DNA from: a virus
IMG/VR virus record: IMGVR_UViG_3300020182_002648
Location: 64,001-128,000 of that record
Strand: one strand, 5' to 3'
DNA: 64,000 nt
The stretch's first letter is position 1. Each line of letters starts with the position of its first letter. This document shows positions 30,573 to 41,165 of the stretch, piece after piece. Below the pieces are notes generated by a model. It worked only from the letters and a program-made list of their open reading frames with translations, did not search any database and was not told the DNA's origin. The translations under genes were made by a program, and so were the position numbers.

Positions 30573-31083
30573 AAATATCCACCCGGTCCTTTCCATAGAA
30601 TTTATTGAAACCATGCTTCTCTAAAATACATTGATACACTGGATTGTCATCATTATACGGAAAGCAGAAACTGGTCGGTATCAGGTTGTGATCTCTAAAA
30701 CGTCTCATCATTAATTTTGTATCATTTACAGTATTAAACCCGGCATGCTTGATATGCATGTGACTGTGACCACCTATATAACACCTCGGAGTACTGGCTA
30801 TCTCTTGTATTTGTCTCCAGTTCATGTAGTGTGATAGGTCACCGGTTTCGAACAGCTTGTCATGTGCTTTGTGGCATTGTATAAATTCATCTGATTGTGA
30901 TTGATCATCCGGAGCTACTATACCTGTACTGATGAAGAATATTTTATCGGTATCAATGCTATTAATCTTATCAAGATGTAAGTACTGTGTATATAGCCCA
31001 TCATCGAACGTCAATATATACTCATCTAGAGGAAGATCAAACATCCACTCCGCGACTTCATGTATCATCAATACAGGTTTCAT
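30562..31083 (-). CDS. polysaccharide deacetylase (NodB-like)
   Basis: LTFDDG, GGHSHMH, FCFPY. Confidence 0.85.
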   Translation of the reverse strand: MKPVLMIHEVAEWMFDLPLDEYILTFDDGLYTQYLHLDKINSIDTDKIFFISTGIVAPDDQSQSDEFIQCHKAHDKLFETGDLSHYMNWRQIQEIASTPRCYIGGHSHMHIKHAGFNTVNDTKLMMRRFRDHNLIPTSFCFPYNDDNPVYQCILEKHGFNKFYGKDRVDIYDL

Positions 31084-31727
31084 CTCTTGAACACTAACTT
31101 AAATCCCTCAGCGAGTTCGTACCCACACAAGCTTCCATGATACTGATCTCGAGCGGTTATCATCCGCAAGCTTACTGGATCAGGTGAGGGTCTGAGTTCC
31201 GTTGTATATCTGCTTATCATCTTCATCTTGATGTTAGCATGCTGAGTTATATCCTCATATACATTGAGCTGTTTAGGCTCATGTCCCCATTCAGTGCTGC
31301 CAGGTATCGTGAACTCATATAATTCATTGACAGGACTAGACTCTCTCATCCGACAAGCGACTCGCGTTGCACTAGATATTATCTGATGATCCTTATGCAC
31401 GTCACCATTGTAGTGTGTGTACACAACCGTCGGTTTAATTGACTGTATGTATTGATACATGATATTACACAACTCTGTTTGAGGTGTTTGATCTAGCCTG
31501 GTGTCTGAATATCCATGAAATGATGTATCTATGATACCAACATCCTTGCAGTTAGCAAGGCATGCCTTCTTCCGAGGAGATCCAACCTTCTCATGACCCG
31601 GTCTATCCCCCTTGCAGAACACCATCAAGTGTACATCATTTTGCTCACATAACTTTGCAGTAGTACCGCCCATGCCTAACTCAAAATCATCTAAATGTGC
31701 TGTCAGTAACAGTATTTTCTTTTTCAT
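31080..31727 (-). CDS. PIG-L/LmbE family N-deacetylase
   Basis: AHLDDFELGMGG, YTH..D.HKDH. Confidence 0.88.
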   Translation of the reverse strand: MKKKILLLTAHLDDFELGMGGTTAKLCEQNDVHLMVFCKGDRPGHEKVGSPRKKACLANCKDVGIIDTSFHGYSDTRLDQTPQTELCNIMYQYIQSIKPTVVYTHYNGDVHKDHQIISSATRVACRMRESSPVNELYEFTIPGSTEWGHEPKQLNVYEDITQHANIKMKMISRYTTELRPSPDPVSLRMITARDQYHGSLCGYELAEGFKLVFKR

Positions 31728-32644
31728 ATCATGCTCTTGATTATTGAGCGAACATCATGGATTGGTGTGAAGTATTGATTGATCTTATCAGTGTTCGGTT
31801 TGCGTTTGTATATTTCACCGAACTGATCACTGAAGTCATCTGCATGCGGTCTGTATATAATTTTACTCTTGCTGCCTATGACATCTATCACAGTTTCTGC
31901 TAGTTGTGATATGGTTAGTACATTACTTGTGTTACCAATATTGTATATTTCCCCTGCATGCTGATCCATTGACACAATGTCAAGCATACTAACAGCATCT
32001 CTGATGTCACAGAAAGTCCGGTATTGTGTACCATCACCATAAACAATTATATCTTCATCTTGTTTGGCTAGCTCCACGAACGTTGGTAACACCATACCGT
32101 ATTTACTCAGCTGCCCCTCGCCTGTGACGTTGAAGAACCTTGCGATAGTGTGAGGGAATGAGTATGTTTTGAGTAGAAATTCTGACATGAGTTTAGCACA
32201 AGCATATCCCCAACGTAGGGTGTCAGGTGAGCCAATCTTCAGCGTGTCTGTCTCTCTAGCCTCTTCTGTATTACCATAAACCTCACTTGTGCTAGCAAAT
32301 ACGACACGATTGTTATACTTCTCGAATAGCGGAAACATGTTGTTGTTTATGTTGAATGAATTGCGTAATGTACCTTGAGGGTCTCTGTCTACATACTTGA
32401 CACCAACTGAACCAGCCATGTGATAAACCAGATCAGCATCAGCGAGCTCTTTCTCGATCGTCAAGATGTCGTGCTGTGTACTTAGATCAACTGATAAGAC
32501 AGTCCGGTTGGGGCCTTTGATAAACACTTGACCGGTACTAAAATTATCGATAATAGTTACATGATCTTGTTGCTCTACATAAAACTCAGCCAGATGAGAG
32601 CCTATGAAACCTCCACCACCGGTGATTATTATTTTTTTATCCAT
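31724..32644 (-). CDS. NAD-dependent nucleotide-sugar epimerase/dehydratase
   Basis: TGGGGFIG, STSEVYG, YACAK. Confidence 0.92.
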   Translation of the reverse strand: MDKKIIITGGGGFIGSHLAEFYVEQQDHVTIIDNFSTGQVFIKGPNRTVLSVDLSTQHDILTIEKELADADLVYHMAGSVGVKYVDRDPQGTLRNSFNINNNMFPLFEKYNNRVVFASTSEVYGNTEEARETDTLKIGSPDTLRWGYACAKLMSEFLLKTYSFPHTIARFFNVTGEGQLSKYGMVLPTFVELAKQDEDIIVYGDGTQYRTFCDIRDAVSMLDIVSMDQHAGEIYNIGNTSNVLTISQLAETVIDVIGSKSKIIYRPHADDFSDQFGEIYKRKPNTDKINQYFTPIHDVRSIIKSMI

Positions 32645-33228
32645 TGTTTTATTTCTTGTATACTTTTCTTGTTGGTTACATCATACTCATGTGTAATGTT
32701 CGTGCTTGCTAATATCGGTTTAGTTTGATCGACAAACTCCTTCAATGTTATATATTCAATAACATTGTTCATGTCATCTGCCGGGATGATATTCTCTCGT
32801 ATTTGTCTCATTAGGCCTTTCTTTCTGCATTTACTATACACACGTGGTATACGCAGTATGATATAATTATTATATACACTCTTGATATAGTTTTCCATCA
32901 AAAGTTTACAGTGACAATATATGTTATCAGGTTGTAATGCTCCAGCAGTACTAGCAAAGATAAATTTAGCATCATGCTTTTTTGTTAGCTCTATCATATT
33001 AATAGTACCGTTTACAATAACATCAACGACACGTGCAGCGTCCTTGAAATCATACACGTCTGACGGACCCGCGAAATGGTACATATTGTCAAAATTGCTT
33101 ACATTGTCACTAATGTTTAGTATGTCACCATAGTCCACGTTACTACCAATTACATGCTGCTTCAGAGCACCAGCGAGATACCCTCTCTGACCACCAGTGA
33201 ATAGGTTAACTGGTGGAATCCCACTCAC
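32629..33228 (-). CDS. short NAD-dependent epimerase/reductase-like protein
   Basis: TGGQRGYLA, FAST, YCHCK. Confidence 0.7.
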   Translation of the reverse strand: MSGIPPVNLFTGGQRGYLAGALKQHVIGSNVDYGDILNISDNVSNFDNMYHFAGPSDVYDFKDAARVVDVIVNGTINMIELTKKHDAKFIFASTAGALQPDNIYCHCKLLMENYIKSVYNNYIILRIPRVYSKCRKKGLMRQIRENIIPADDMNNVIEYITLKEFVDQTKPILASTNITHEYDVTNKKSIQEIKQWIKK

Positions 33229-33694
33229 AGTTGTCCCATCCTAACCTTATGAAATTGGTGTGATTGTTTCTTAGACAGGATGTCAGAGTCTTAACAAATC
33301 CAGATCGATTTACCGGTTCATGACATTCAACACCCAATGCTTCCATTAATTTATAATCATCATCTGGTATATGACCGATACCACATCTATCATAACAGCC
33401 ATTATGACCAGCGTTGATCAGAGTGACATTATTACCATAATTCACTACGCTAAACTTTAACTGTTCATACGCTCGTTGATACACGAACCCAGCCACACCA
33501 TACACTATGACTCTCTTACCAGATCTCGCCAATCCTCCTGCAACGTTCATCATATTTGTCTCTTGAATACCAAAATTTAAACATCTCTCCGGGAACTTTT
33601 TCTGAAACTTCTTAAATCCCCACATGTCAGCATGCATGAAGATAGTGTCCTGGTTGTTATATTTACTTAAAAATGTATCAAGTGTCGCTCTCAT
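33206..33694 (-). CDS. transketolase pyrimidine-binding subunit
   Basis: NFGIQETNMMNVAGGLA, RAYEQ. Confidence 0.8.
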   Translation of the reverse strand: MRATLDTFLSKYNNQDTIFMHADMWGFKKFQKKFPERCLNFGIQETNMMNVAGGLARSGKRVIVYGVAGFVYQRAYEQLKFSVVNYGNNVTLINAGHNGCYDRCGIGHIPDDDYKLMEALGVECHEPVNRSGFVKTLTSCLRNNHTNFIRLGWDNCEWDSTS

Positions 33695-34568
33695 TATAAT
33701 TTTTCAGATATAGATTGAGTTCATGATTGTAGTCCTCAAATGTCATCTCTCTACCGGTTATTTTAAAATTAGATATACCTCTAGTCATTAATTGTTTGAT
33801 CTGATTGGCCTTGAGGTCCATTCCATAACTATCTCCATACTTATTGATAGTAGGCCCGTGACCCTCATCCGGTTCGAAGCCAGAAGATTTGAGGTAATCA
33901 GATCTCTCAGATAACCAACATTCCTCTATTCTATACATCTCTTTCTCTCCCGCTTCTTCCCATGGCTTCTTATATGTTCTATTTTGTTTGGCTATCTCTT
34001 CAAAATGCTCACCATAGTAAGGACAGTTATAAAGACATGTGTCGTTCAACATTATCTCGTATTTGGATTGTGTTAATTTATCGAACTGGCTATCGAACAC
34101 ATGCTCACATCTAGGTACTATATAATCGTATATTTCCTCTAGTCGAGTGTATAGTGAGATATCCTCCTCACTCATCGGGACTGTTATCTTCCCAAACCCA
34201 GTGATGGACCGTGTATGCTTATACAATGGATATTTGTCCTTAACATAACTTACCAGATCTTCATTGACTGATATAATCACGTTACCCGCCCGGTGAAACT
34301 TCTCTAATAACTCATTACCAATCTGGTCAGTCAGATCAACAACAGGGTTTGTGAACGTCAACGCTATAGTGATTTCATTCCGATAATAGAAGTCAATTGT
34401 GTCATCATCATGAAACACATCGCGATTTATTCTACCACCATTCCATGGACAGTTATTAATACCATCATATACGGTAATATCTATATCCTTGAGCGTCGAC
34501 TTGTTACGAAATATATACATCTTCAACTCAGTACTCTTACTGAACGCACCAGCTACATTAAACCTCAC
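33678..34568 (-). CDS. peptidase U32-like Fe-S protein
   Basis: WNGGR, LNDTCLYNCP...H, FKITGRE. Confidence 0.6.
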   Translation of the reverse strand: MRFNVAGAFSKSTELKMYIFRNKSTLKDIDITVYDGINNCPWNGGRINRDVFHDDDTIDFYYRNEITIALTFTNPVVDLTDQIGNELLEKFHRAGNVIISVNEDLVSYVKDKYPLYKHTRSITGFGKITVPMSEEDISLYTRLEEIYDYIVPRCEHVFDSQFDKLTQSKYEIMLNDTCLYNCPYYGEHFEEIAKQNRTYKKPWEEAGEKEMYRIEECWLSERSDYLKSSGFEPDEGHGPTINKYGDSYGMDLKANQIKQLMTRGISNFKITGREMTFEDYNHELNLYLKNYNESDT

Positions 34569-35280
34569 AATACATCTCCTCCATCGGTTTATAATGCCAC
34601 TTGACTGGGTCCTTCTCCATATAAGGCACTCCGTGACCTTTTGTGGTCTTAAAAAAGAATATACGTGGACGGGGTTGATTACGTGAGAGTGGTGAATTGA
34701 CTGAATGATTCCAGTTATCTTTAATTTTATCTACGTCATGTCCCTCAACGTCATATGTAAGCCAGTCGTAACCTCTACACATGTCAATAATCGGATCGAC
34801 AGTAAGTACGTTATCAGTGAATCCGGTCACTTGCATATTATTATAATCTACAGTTACTAATACATTATAGATCCTATGGTGACCTATATATTGTAATGCT
34901 TCTAATGTACTACCCATTTGTAGAGTTGCATCAGTTATATTGACCCATACTAGTTGTTGAGGATTCGCGAGAGCTATACCGGTTGCTACTCCTAAAGCAT
35001 TTCCCATGGTCTCCTCACCGTAATCTACAAACTTGATCTCATCATGCTTCACACCAACAGACAGGTCTTCAATTTCCGTTAGATAGCCGAGATCTTTCCA
35101 TAGAATATAGTAGGCTTGAGACCCAAATGGTTTACCTAAGACAATCCTATCACGGTATGGCTTGATATATTCATTTGTAAACAACACATCGATATATGTC
35201 AGCATTGAGAGAGCAGACGGTACGTGTGTTAGCTGGTGATCAAATGAATATTGAAGAATTCTATTACTGATAGAGCGCAC
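34558..35280 (-). CDS. transketolase TPP-binding subunit (start revised to leaderless GTG)
   Basis: HVPSALS, degenerate TPP motif TDA..Q.G...EA...DYNN, TKGHG, WH; promoter at 35287-35317. Confidence 0.8.
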   Translation of the reverse strand: MRSISNRILQYSFDHQLTHVPSALSMLTYIDVLFTNEYIKPYRDRIVLGKPFGSQAYYILWKDLGYLTEIEDLSVGVKHDEIKFVDYGEETMGNALGVATGIALANPQQLVWVNITDATLQMGSTLEALQYIGHHRIYNVLVTVDYNNMQVTGFTDNVLTVDPIIDMCRGYDWLTYDVEGHDVDKIKDNWNHSVNSPLSRNQPRPRIFFFKTTKGHGVPYMEKDPVKWHYKPMEEMYCEV

Positions 35281-35323
35281 TAATGTATTATAGTATATTT
35301 CTAATGTAAATGCAACTACGGTC

Positions 35324-36271
35324 TTACTTTTTCTTGGGTATATAAAACTCACCTTTACAACAACTCCACTTACATTTGGTGTAGTTGTTGGCTCTGATCT
35401 TGAATAATGTCTTATTGTCCAGTATATTTCCGATAGGCTTCTCTAAAGTATTTGCACAACACATAAAATAATCTCCATTTCCGTTTATTATAATATACTC
35501 CTTACCGACAGAGCAAGTCCATCCCTCGAATGAAATGCCCTCTCTGTACAGATCATTTGTATCATGAGTTTTAATTGTACCGTCTTGGTATGTTACTTCG
35601 TACTCTTCATGGAACATGGCATGCTCATTAACAAAATCGCTATACATGTCAGTGGTGCTTCGATAGTCAATGTAGCTATGAATAAATTCTATCTTGTTCT
35701 TGTATGGTCGCGTCAACATCTGCTTACTGTTGTCTATGATGTCATTCTTACTCTCTTCATCATGCTCCAACATCACATCTACCTTGCCTAACATCCCTGC
35801 ATTATCAATCATATCAATTTTATCTATAAACTTCTTAAAGTCCTTGGTGTATTTATGATGATATGATACGTTTATATCTAACTTGTTGTCTTTATGATCG
35901 TCAATCAATTCCTGTATATATCCATGGCCTACTGACAGGTTTGTTTGTAATTCAACAATAACAGATTTGTTCATGTTGAATATAAATTTGATCACATCTC
36001 TGCATTTAGGGTGTGTTGTAGGTTCTCCGCCATGGAAGTATATCCGGAAGTTTGTGTGATCTATGCAGTCAATCGCCGAGGTGATTGTATTTTCAATATC
36101 ATCTATATTGTAGTGATGACCGTATTTCCAGTGACAATACTCGCAGTCATAATTACAGTAATCTGTTATACGTAATTGGAATTCATAGTAAGGTTCATCA
36201 AACTTATGTACTCCTTGTTGAGTATTACCTCCTCGGTCGGCTTTTATATTATAATCTTTTGGTATAATCAT
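35324..36271 (-). CDS. radical SAM protein with Twitch-like C-terminus
   Basis: CNYDCEYC, GGEP, Cys-rich tail. Confidence 0.9.
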   Translation of the reverse strand: MIIPKDYNIKADRGGNTQQGVHKFDEPYYEFQLRITDYCNYDCEYCHWKYGHHYNIDDIENTITSAIDCIDHTNFRIYFHGGEPTTHPKCRDVIKFIFNMNKSVIVELQTNLSVGHGYIQELIDDHKDNKLDINVSYHHKYTKDFKKFIDKIDMIDNAGMLGKVDVMLEHDEESKNDIIDNSKQMLTRPYKNKIEFIHSYIDYRSTTDMYSDFVNEHAMFHEEYEVTYQDGTIKTHDTNDLYREGISFEGWTCSVGKEYIIINGNGDYFMCCANTLEKPIGNILDNKTLFKIRANNYTKCKWSCCKGEFYIPKKK

Positions 36272-36281
36272 AACAATCCTC

Positions 36282-37028
36282 TCACATTAAAAAGCATTTA
36301 TCGTGATTACATATACCGGTATGGTTCTTCCGGTGACAACAGTTATATAGACTTAAATCAGGAGCGTACAGGAAGTACACGCCAGTATACAAGCAAGGCT
36401 TGCCTCTAGGAGAATGACCCTCCCATAGTTTAGATCGATCTGTTCCTAGTCTTTCAACTTCCTCAAAATTAATTACCTTTTGCCAAGCCGGAGATCGTTT
36501 CAATCGATTATAATCCTTCAATGACTCACCAGACACACCATCACCAAAGTCTGCCACCGGTGTCAAGTATGTATTTTTAACATGTTCTTTAACTTTCATA
36601 TAATACTCAATCGCACCTCTGTTGGTGTACATGACGTCGACTATTCGTATGTCAAGATTTGTTGGTATGTTTATATCATCTAGAGCTATTTGCGTGGGAT
36701 GTATTGATACTTGTAATGTTACTGGTTCAGTTATCTTACTCAGAACCCTTTGGCTCTTGTTCGATAAATTTGTTTGTATGACGAATGGTATTTTATGTTT
36801 ATTGAATGTACGTATTATATACTCTATGTGCTGGTGTAGGAACGGCTCTCCACCGAATACAAATATTTCTACTCCTGGGTATGTCTCACCTAACATTATT
36901 ATAAATTCCTCTAACCGTGTCTTATCTAGCACCGGTTTTATTGATGGATCGAGATTTGTACAGTACGTACAACTATAATTGCACAACATAGTGACCTCCC
37001 ATTCCACCATTGTTGGAATTTTATTCAT
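36282..37028 (-). CDS. radical SAM protein
   Basis: CNYSCTYC, GGEP, Cys-rich tail. Confidence 0.9.
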   Translation of the reverse strand: MNKIPTMVEWEVTMLCNYSCTYCTNLDPSIKPVLDKTRLEEFIIMLGETYPGVEIFVFGGEPFLHQHIEYIIRTFNKHKIPFVIQTNLSNKSQRVLSKITEPVTLQVSIHPTQIALDDINIPTNLDIRIVDVMYTNRGAIEYYMKVKEHVKNTYLTPVADFGDGVSGESLKDYNRLKRSPAWQKVINFEEVERLGTDRSKLWEGHSPRGKPCLYTGVYFLYAPDLSLYNCCHRKNHTGICNHDKCFLM

Positions 37029-37036
37029 TACACTTA

Positions 37037-37825
37037 TTATAATATAATTTCGCGACGTTTTCCACTCAACATTATATTAAACTTTCTCACGTCAATGTCA
37101 TATATTCTATCATATGATTCCTTGGGAACATCTGTACCACCGTCTATCCATATGGAATTATCTATCCGAGGTGATAGTTGATACCGGGAGAGTTTTGGGT
37201 ACTTGATTTGCGTCCTATCATCACTTATAAAAAAATCATCAGTATCAATATCAGTAAAGCTAACGCACGGTTTATACTGTTCTGAAGTAAATTCGAATGA
37301 CTCTTTCATGTTGTTACGAATAAGTTCAGGGTTACTGGAAACCAATTCCGGTTCCGATAACTCAATATACTCTTTATATAATGTTTTCTGTAACTCAATA
37401 TCAGTACTATCCAATAGATTATCCAATTGAAAATCAATAACTTGTCTCATCACAGATTTGAGTAGTTTGGTTGCTAGCGGTACCCCACCAATCACTGATA
37501 CTAAGTCTTCCTCACGCATAACACGCCAACCAGTGGTCAACAATTCGATCCCTATATAGTTTGTAGTGTCAAACACGACCTCTGGTAATATATCATGTTT
37601 ATTAGACTTTAAAATGCCTGGCATCCAGTTGATCATATCATACTTTGGCCAGATTACATTCTTATTATATATTTTTAAGAAATTTTCCGTCACTGTATCA
37701 AAATAACATTCAAATAGAATACCGCTTTCCGGTAACGGGTTGCCTTTTGGTAAGGTTTCACGTGGTACTGATTTTATTCTATTGGCTGTAAGCTCTTCAT
37801 TCAGCTGTATTATATCGATATTCAT
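37037..37825 (-). CDS. hypothetical protein
   Basis: 262-aa ORF, TAAATA upstream. Confidence 0.6.
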   Translation of the reverse strand: MNIDIIQLNEELTANRIKSVPRETLPKGNPLPESGILFECYFDTVTENFLKIYNKNVIWPKYDMINWMPGILKSNKHDILPEVVFDTTNYIGIELLTTGWRVMREEDLVSVIGGVPLATKLLKSVMRQVIDFQLDNLLDSTDIELQKTLYKEYIELSEPELVSSNPELIRNNMKESFEFTSEQYKPCVSFTDIDTDDFFISDDRTQIKYPKLSRYQLSPRIDNSIWIDGGTDVPKESYDRIYDIDVRKFNIMLSGKRREIIL

Positions 37826-37834
37826 ATATATTAT

Positions 37835-38647
37835 TTATTCTCTAGCATTCATTATAACAATTTTATCAAGGCTATCAGCATATTTGGCGATCAACGCAGA
37901 GTATTCTCCTTGTGTTGGTATGAATATGTCTCCTGACAGCATGTCTAACAAGTCACTATCAGCATCACTTGAACGGAATTGAGTTTTTATGCCACGACAT
38001 GTGAAGACATCACCTACCATATACATCTCATCAACAATCTCATCTAGATGTACCTCTACTTGCGAATCTCTAGTCCCGAGATCTTCGTGTGTTCCGGAAT
38101 ATATTGTAATACTATCGCAATCAAGCTCGATCAATATATCAGCAATTTCATGAAATTTCTTAATTGGTGTGTACATTCTCCATTCTTTACCTACATGTCT
38201 AGAGATGCTCAGAACATCACCTGTTCTCAGATGTAACTGAGCAATGGTATCAGGGGAGCTCAATCTACTCTCTATTAAATTAAAGAATTTACGCTCTCTC
38301 GTGTCTATATTATCACTTATATCAATTGACTGTATGAACATAGATAACAAACTCCCAGGGAAAGCATCTACCATCCACTCTAGATCACTCATCGAATTAC
38401 AATGAGTGGCATAATTATAAAAATCACCCAACCTGTAGAGGTATCTCTCATCATCAACCGCGTGACAGCCAGTAAACCGGTCTAGATCAGGTGCTCTAGA
38501 GCTCTCATCAGAGCATGTATGTATTGTGTCTGTATATATTATTGAGAATAATTTTGCCCTCATGTTAAAGTTCATTGATCTTCGCTCCGGAGCATACTTT
38601 ATGTTAGAGTTTAAATACATACTATCCTTAAGTTGTGCCCGGGTCAT
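37835..38647 (-). CDS. fucosyltransferase-like (GT11/GT23-type) protein
   Basis: LHLRTGD motif and D..FI...G.YS. Confidence 0.5.
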   Translation of the reverse strand: MTRAQLKDSMYLNSNIKYAPERRSMNFNMRAKLFSIIYTDTIHTCSDESSRAPDLDRFTGCHAVDDERYLYRLGDFYNYATHCNSMSDLEWMVDAFPGSLLSMFIQSIDISDNIDTRERKFFNLIESRLSSPDTIAQLHLRTGDVLSISRHVGKEWRMYTPIKKFHEIADILIELDCDSITIYSGTHEDLGTRDSQVEVHLDEIVDEMYMVGDVFTCRGIKTQFRSSDADSDLLDMLSGDIFIPTQGEYSALIAKYADSLDKIVIMNARE

Positions 38648-39594
38648 TGTTTCTTCTCTTTGTATATTTTTAGCAGACCGTCACAGTTACATGAAGCGTG
38701 TGGACATTTCACTGGACAAACCCGGGTTATATTTTTAAAGAAATATATATCTCTCACTAGATCCACTGGCTCATCAAAACATACCCTATGTGCGATTCCA
38801 TCATATGATATCTCATAATTATTATTCCAGCAATCCCAGTCCTTGAAGTTAGTAAATTTGTTTTCAAATATATTATAATCATTGTACATCTGCTTGTCTC
38901 CGGTTGCCGTCTCGAATGTAAAGTAATCCGGGTAATCCTTAAATCGTTGAAATTCACTATAAAACTCTTGATTGTATTCTTCTAGCTTATGTACATCTCC
39001 TTCTGCATATAAAAAGTGAGGATGTATCACAACTTGATCGCCATATTTTTCGATCTCATCGACAAATTTATGAGTCTTGTTCCATAGACTCTTATTTGGT
39101 GATAGCATTACATTTATCTTCACTCGGAATTTCCTTCGGGTAGCGATCTCAATATTATCTAGTAGTTTCTTGAAGTTCTCGCCATACCGAGATTCATACT
39201 CAGGGTGAAAGCTGAACAGGAAATACAATCGCTCGTGAAACTGATGCTGCTCAAATATACTAGATCGTTGTGAACCGTTTGTAGTTATATACAATCTACC
39301 ATCTTGATGTGTAGTGACTGCATCCAGGCACCGGTTTACAAGCTCATCATAATGTGGATGGATTGTCGGTTCTCCTCCTAATAATCCTAGAAACACTGGT
39401 AAGCTACTTCTAGCAATATTATTTATCACTAACTTTTGCTTGAACCACTTATCTCTTCGTCCCCACTCTTCGCCATAATCTTTCATCGCATAACAATATG
39501 TACACTTGAAGTTACACTGAGTGCTAACATCCCAATGAATATATAACCGCTGCACCTTGTGCTTTGTGTCGTATTGCTTTACATAATTATTCAT
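38644..39594 (-). CDS. radical SAM protein
   Basis: CNFKCTYC, GGEP, C-terminal CPHASCNC. Confidence 0.9.
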   Translation of the reverse strand: MNNYVKQYDTKHKVQRLYIHWDVSTQCNFKCTYCYAMKDYGEEWGRRDKWFKQKLVINNIARSSLPVFLGLLGGEPTIHPHYDELVNRCLDAVTTHQDGRLYITTNGSQRSSIFEQHQFHERLYFLFSFHPEYESRYGENFKKLLDNIEIATRRKFRVKINVMLSPNKSLWNKTHKFVDEIEKYGDQVVIHPHFLYAEGDVHKLEEYNQEFYSEFQRFKDYPDYFTFETATGDKQMYNDYNIFENKFTNFKDWDCWNNNYEISYDGIAHRVCFDEPVDLVRDIYFFKNITRVCPVKCPHASCNCDGLLKIYKEKKQ

Positions 39595-40531
39595 GTTTAT
39601 AAAAGTTATAACAATCAGTACATGGGCAACCAGTAGTCAGAGGACAGGTAACACATTCACTTATGTTTTTATTATTTAATAGTAATGGCTCACCGGTGCA
39701 ACCATTACGAATCGATCCGTCTGGTTGTATATCCCAAAACGTAGCCTTGCACGACCATCCATAGAAGATATCTAATTCCTTCAATCGGACGTTATAATCG
39801 TCTATAATTGTTGTGTTGTTATCCTTGTCAGTAAACTTAACATCCTGAGATCTAAATAGAGATACACCATACCTCTGTTCAGTATCTCTTAAGAATATAT
39901 TAAACTCATCCACGAACTCATCAGTGTACTCTTCATTCCATACATCACTAACAGAGCTCAGCATTTGAAGCCCTATAGGTACTCCATGGTCAAGTAGATC
40001 GATGATAACTGCCTTTATCTCACGCCACATCTTTTCATATATATTAATATTACATACATACGATACATGCTTAAACTTGTTCACCCCCACGCTAGTCTCC
40101 ACAAACTTATCTTTAGATTTTTCATATTGAGGATGATATGAGCCGTTGATCTTAAGTTTGTTAAACTGCTGTTGATCGTACTTTGAGTACCACTCTATAC
40201 TTCTAACCATATTTGTGTGTAGGTTTATCTCATTACATTTATTATTCATGCATAGAGATTTTATGATTATATCTATATCATCATGAAGAGTTGGTTCTCC
40301 ACCTAATAGATCCATATTAAATTTTGGTATTGTCTTGAGAGATACCCGCTTTAAAACATTAACGTAAGCAGTTTTATTTCCTGTGGGTTCAACTTTGTTT
40401 AGACTCTTCTTGAAATAACAATAGTCACACCTGTATTGACATTGTGTATTGATATGCCACTTTAAGAATATCGTATCATGATCCTCTCTTCCGGAAGTGA
40501 TATAATTATTCTTCATAGAATCTAGTATCAT
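39587..40531 (-). CDS. radical SAM protein
   Basis: CQYRCDYC, GGEP, C-terminal CPLTTGCPCTDC. Confidence 0.9.
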   Translation of the reverse strand: MILDSMKNNYITSGREDHDTIFLKWHINTQCQYRCDYCYFKKSLNKVEPTGNKTAYVNVLKRVSLKTIPKFNMDLLGGEPTLHDDIDIIIKSLCMNNKCNEINLHTNMVRSIEWYSKYDQQQFNKLKINGSYHPQYEKSKDKFVETSVGVNKFKHVSYVCNINIYEKMWREIKAVIIDLLDHGVPIGLQMLSSVSDVWNEEYTDEFVDEFNIFLRDTEQRYGVSLFRSQDVKFTDKDNNTTIIDDYNVRLKELDIFYGWSCKATFWDIQPDGSIRNGCTGEPLLLNNKNISECVTCPLTTGCPCTDCYNFYKHE

Positions 40532-41165
40532 TATTAAGTTCAGGTACGCTTATGTTGTCCATCCCATCAGTAGTCTGTACCCATTTCTGTTCAGCTATAT
40601 ATTTAAAACTACATCCAATCTCTGCTAACATTCCTAGCAAGTGGTAGTCATTTCTTATATTATTACCACGTGGTACTTGATCTATCAGGTTGTTCTTAAA
40701 TATGATCTGACCTAATTGAAAATACTCATCATCAAAGACGTTAAAGAACTCACTCAAGTTAGTGAGAGACTGATACTTGCGATTTTTCCGCATCATCTTA
40801 TATGCACAAACCGGGCCGTAATATTCAATTTCCGGTTCAGAAATATACTCGATATACAGTACATCAGAATCATATACTATGTTGTCAAAAAAATTACTTC
40901 TAATATAATCATCATCTTCCAGAATATAGACATATTCCCCTCCGGATTGATCATATAACAGCTGATATATATCGGATATATCGATCGATGTTTGATAGTT
41001 ATATCGAATCTGTACCTGAGCGCTATGTATTTCGGTTATATCTTTACTGTCATTGTTAACTATGATTTCGATCGGATAATCTGGTAGATTATTGAGTATA
41101 CTATTTATTGATCGTTTAAATAGTTCCGGGCGATTGTGTGTTGGTATTAATATCGATAACTTCAC
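40506..41165 (-). CDS. glycosyltransferase family 2
   Basis: LSILIPTHNR, YILEDDD. Confidence 0.85.
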   Translation of the reverse strand: MKLSILIPTHNRPELFKRSINSILNNLPDYPIEIIVNNDSKDITEIHSAQVQIRYNYQTSIDISDIYQLLYDQSGGEYVYILEDDDYIRSNFFDNIVYDSDVLYIEYISEPEIEYYGPVCAYKMMRKNRKYQSLTNLSEFFNVFDDEYFQLGQIIFKNNLIDQVPRGNNIRNDYHLLGMLAEIGCSFKYIAEQKWVQTTDGMDNISVPELNNDTRFYEE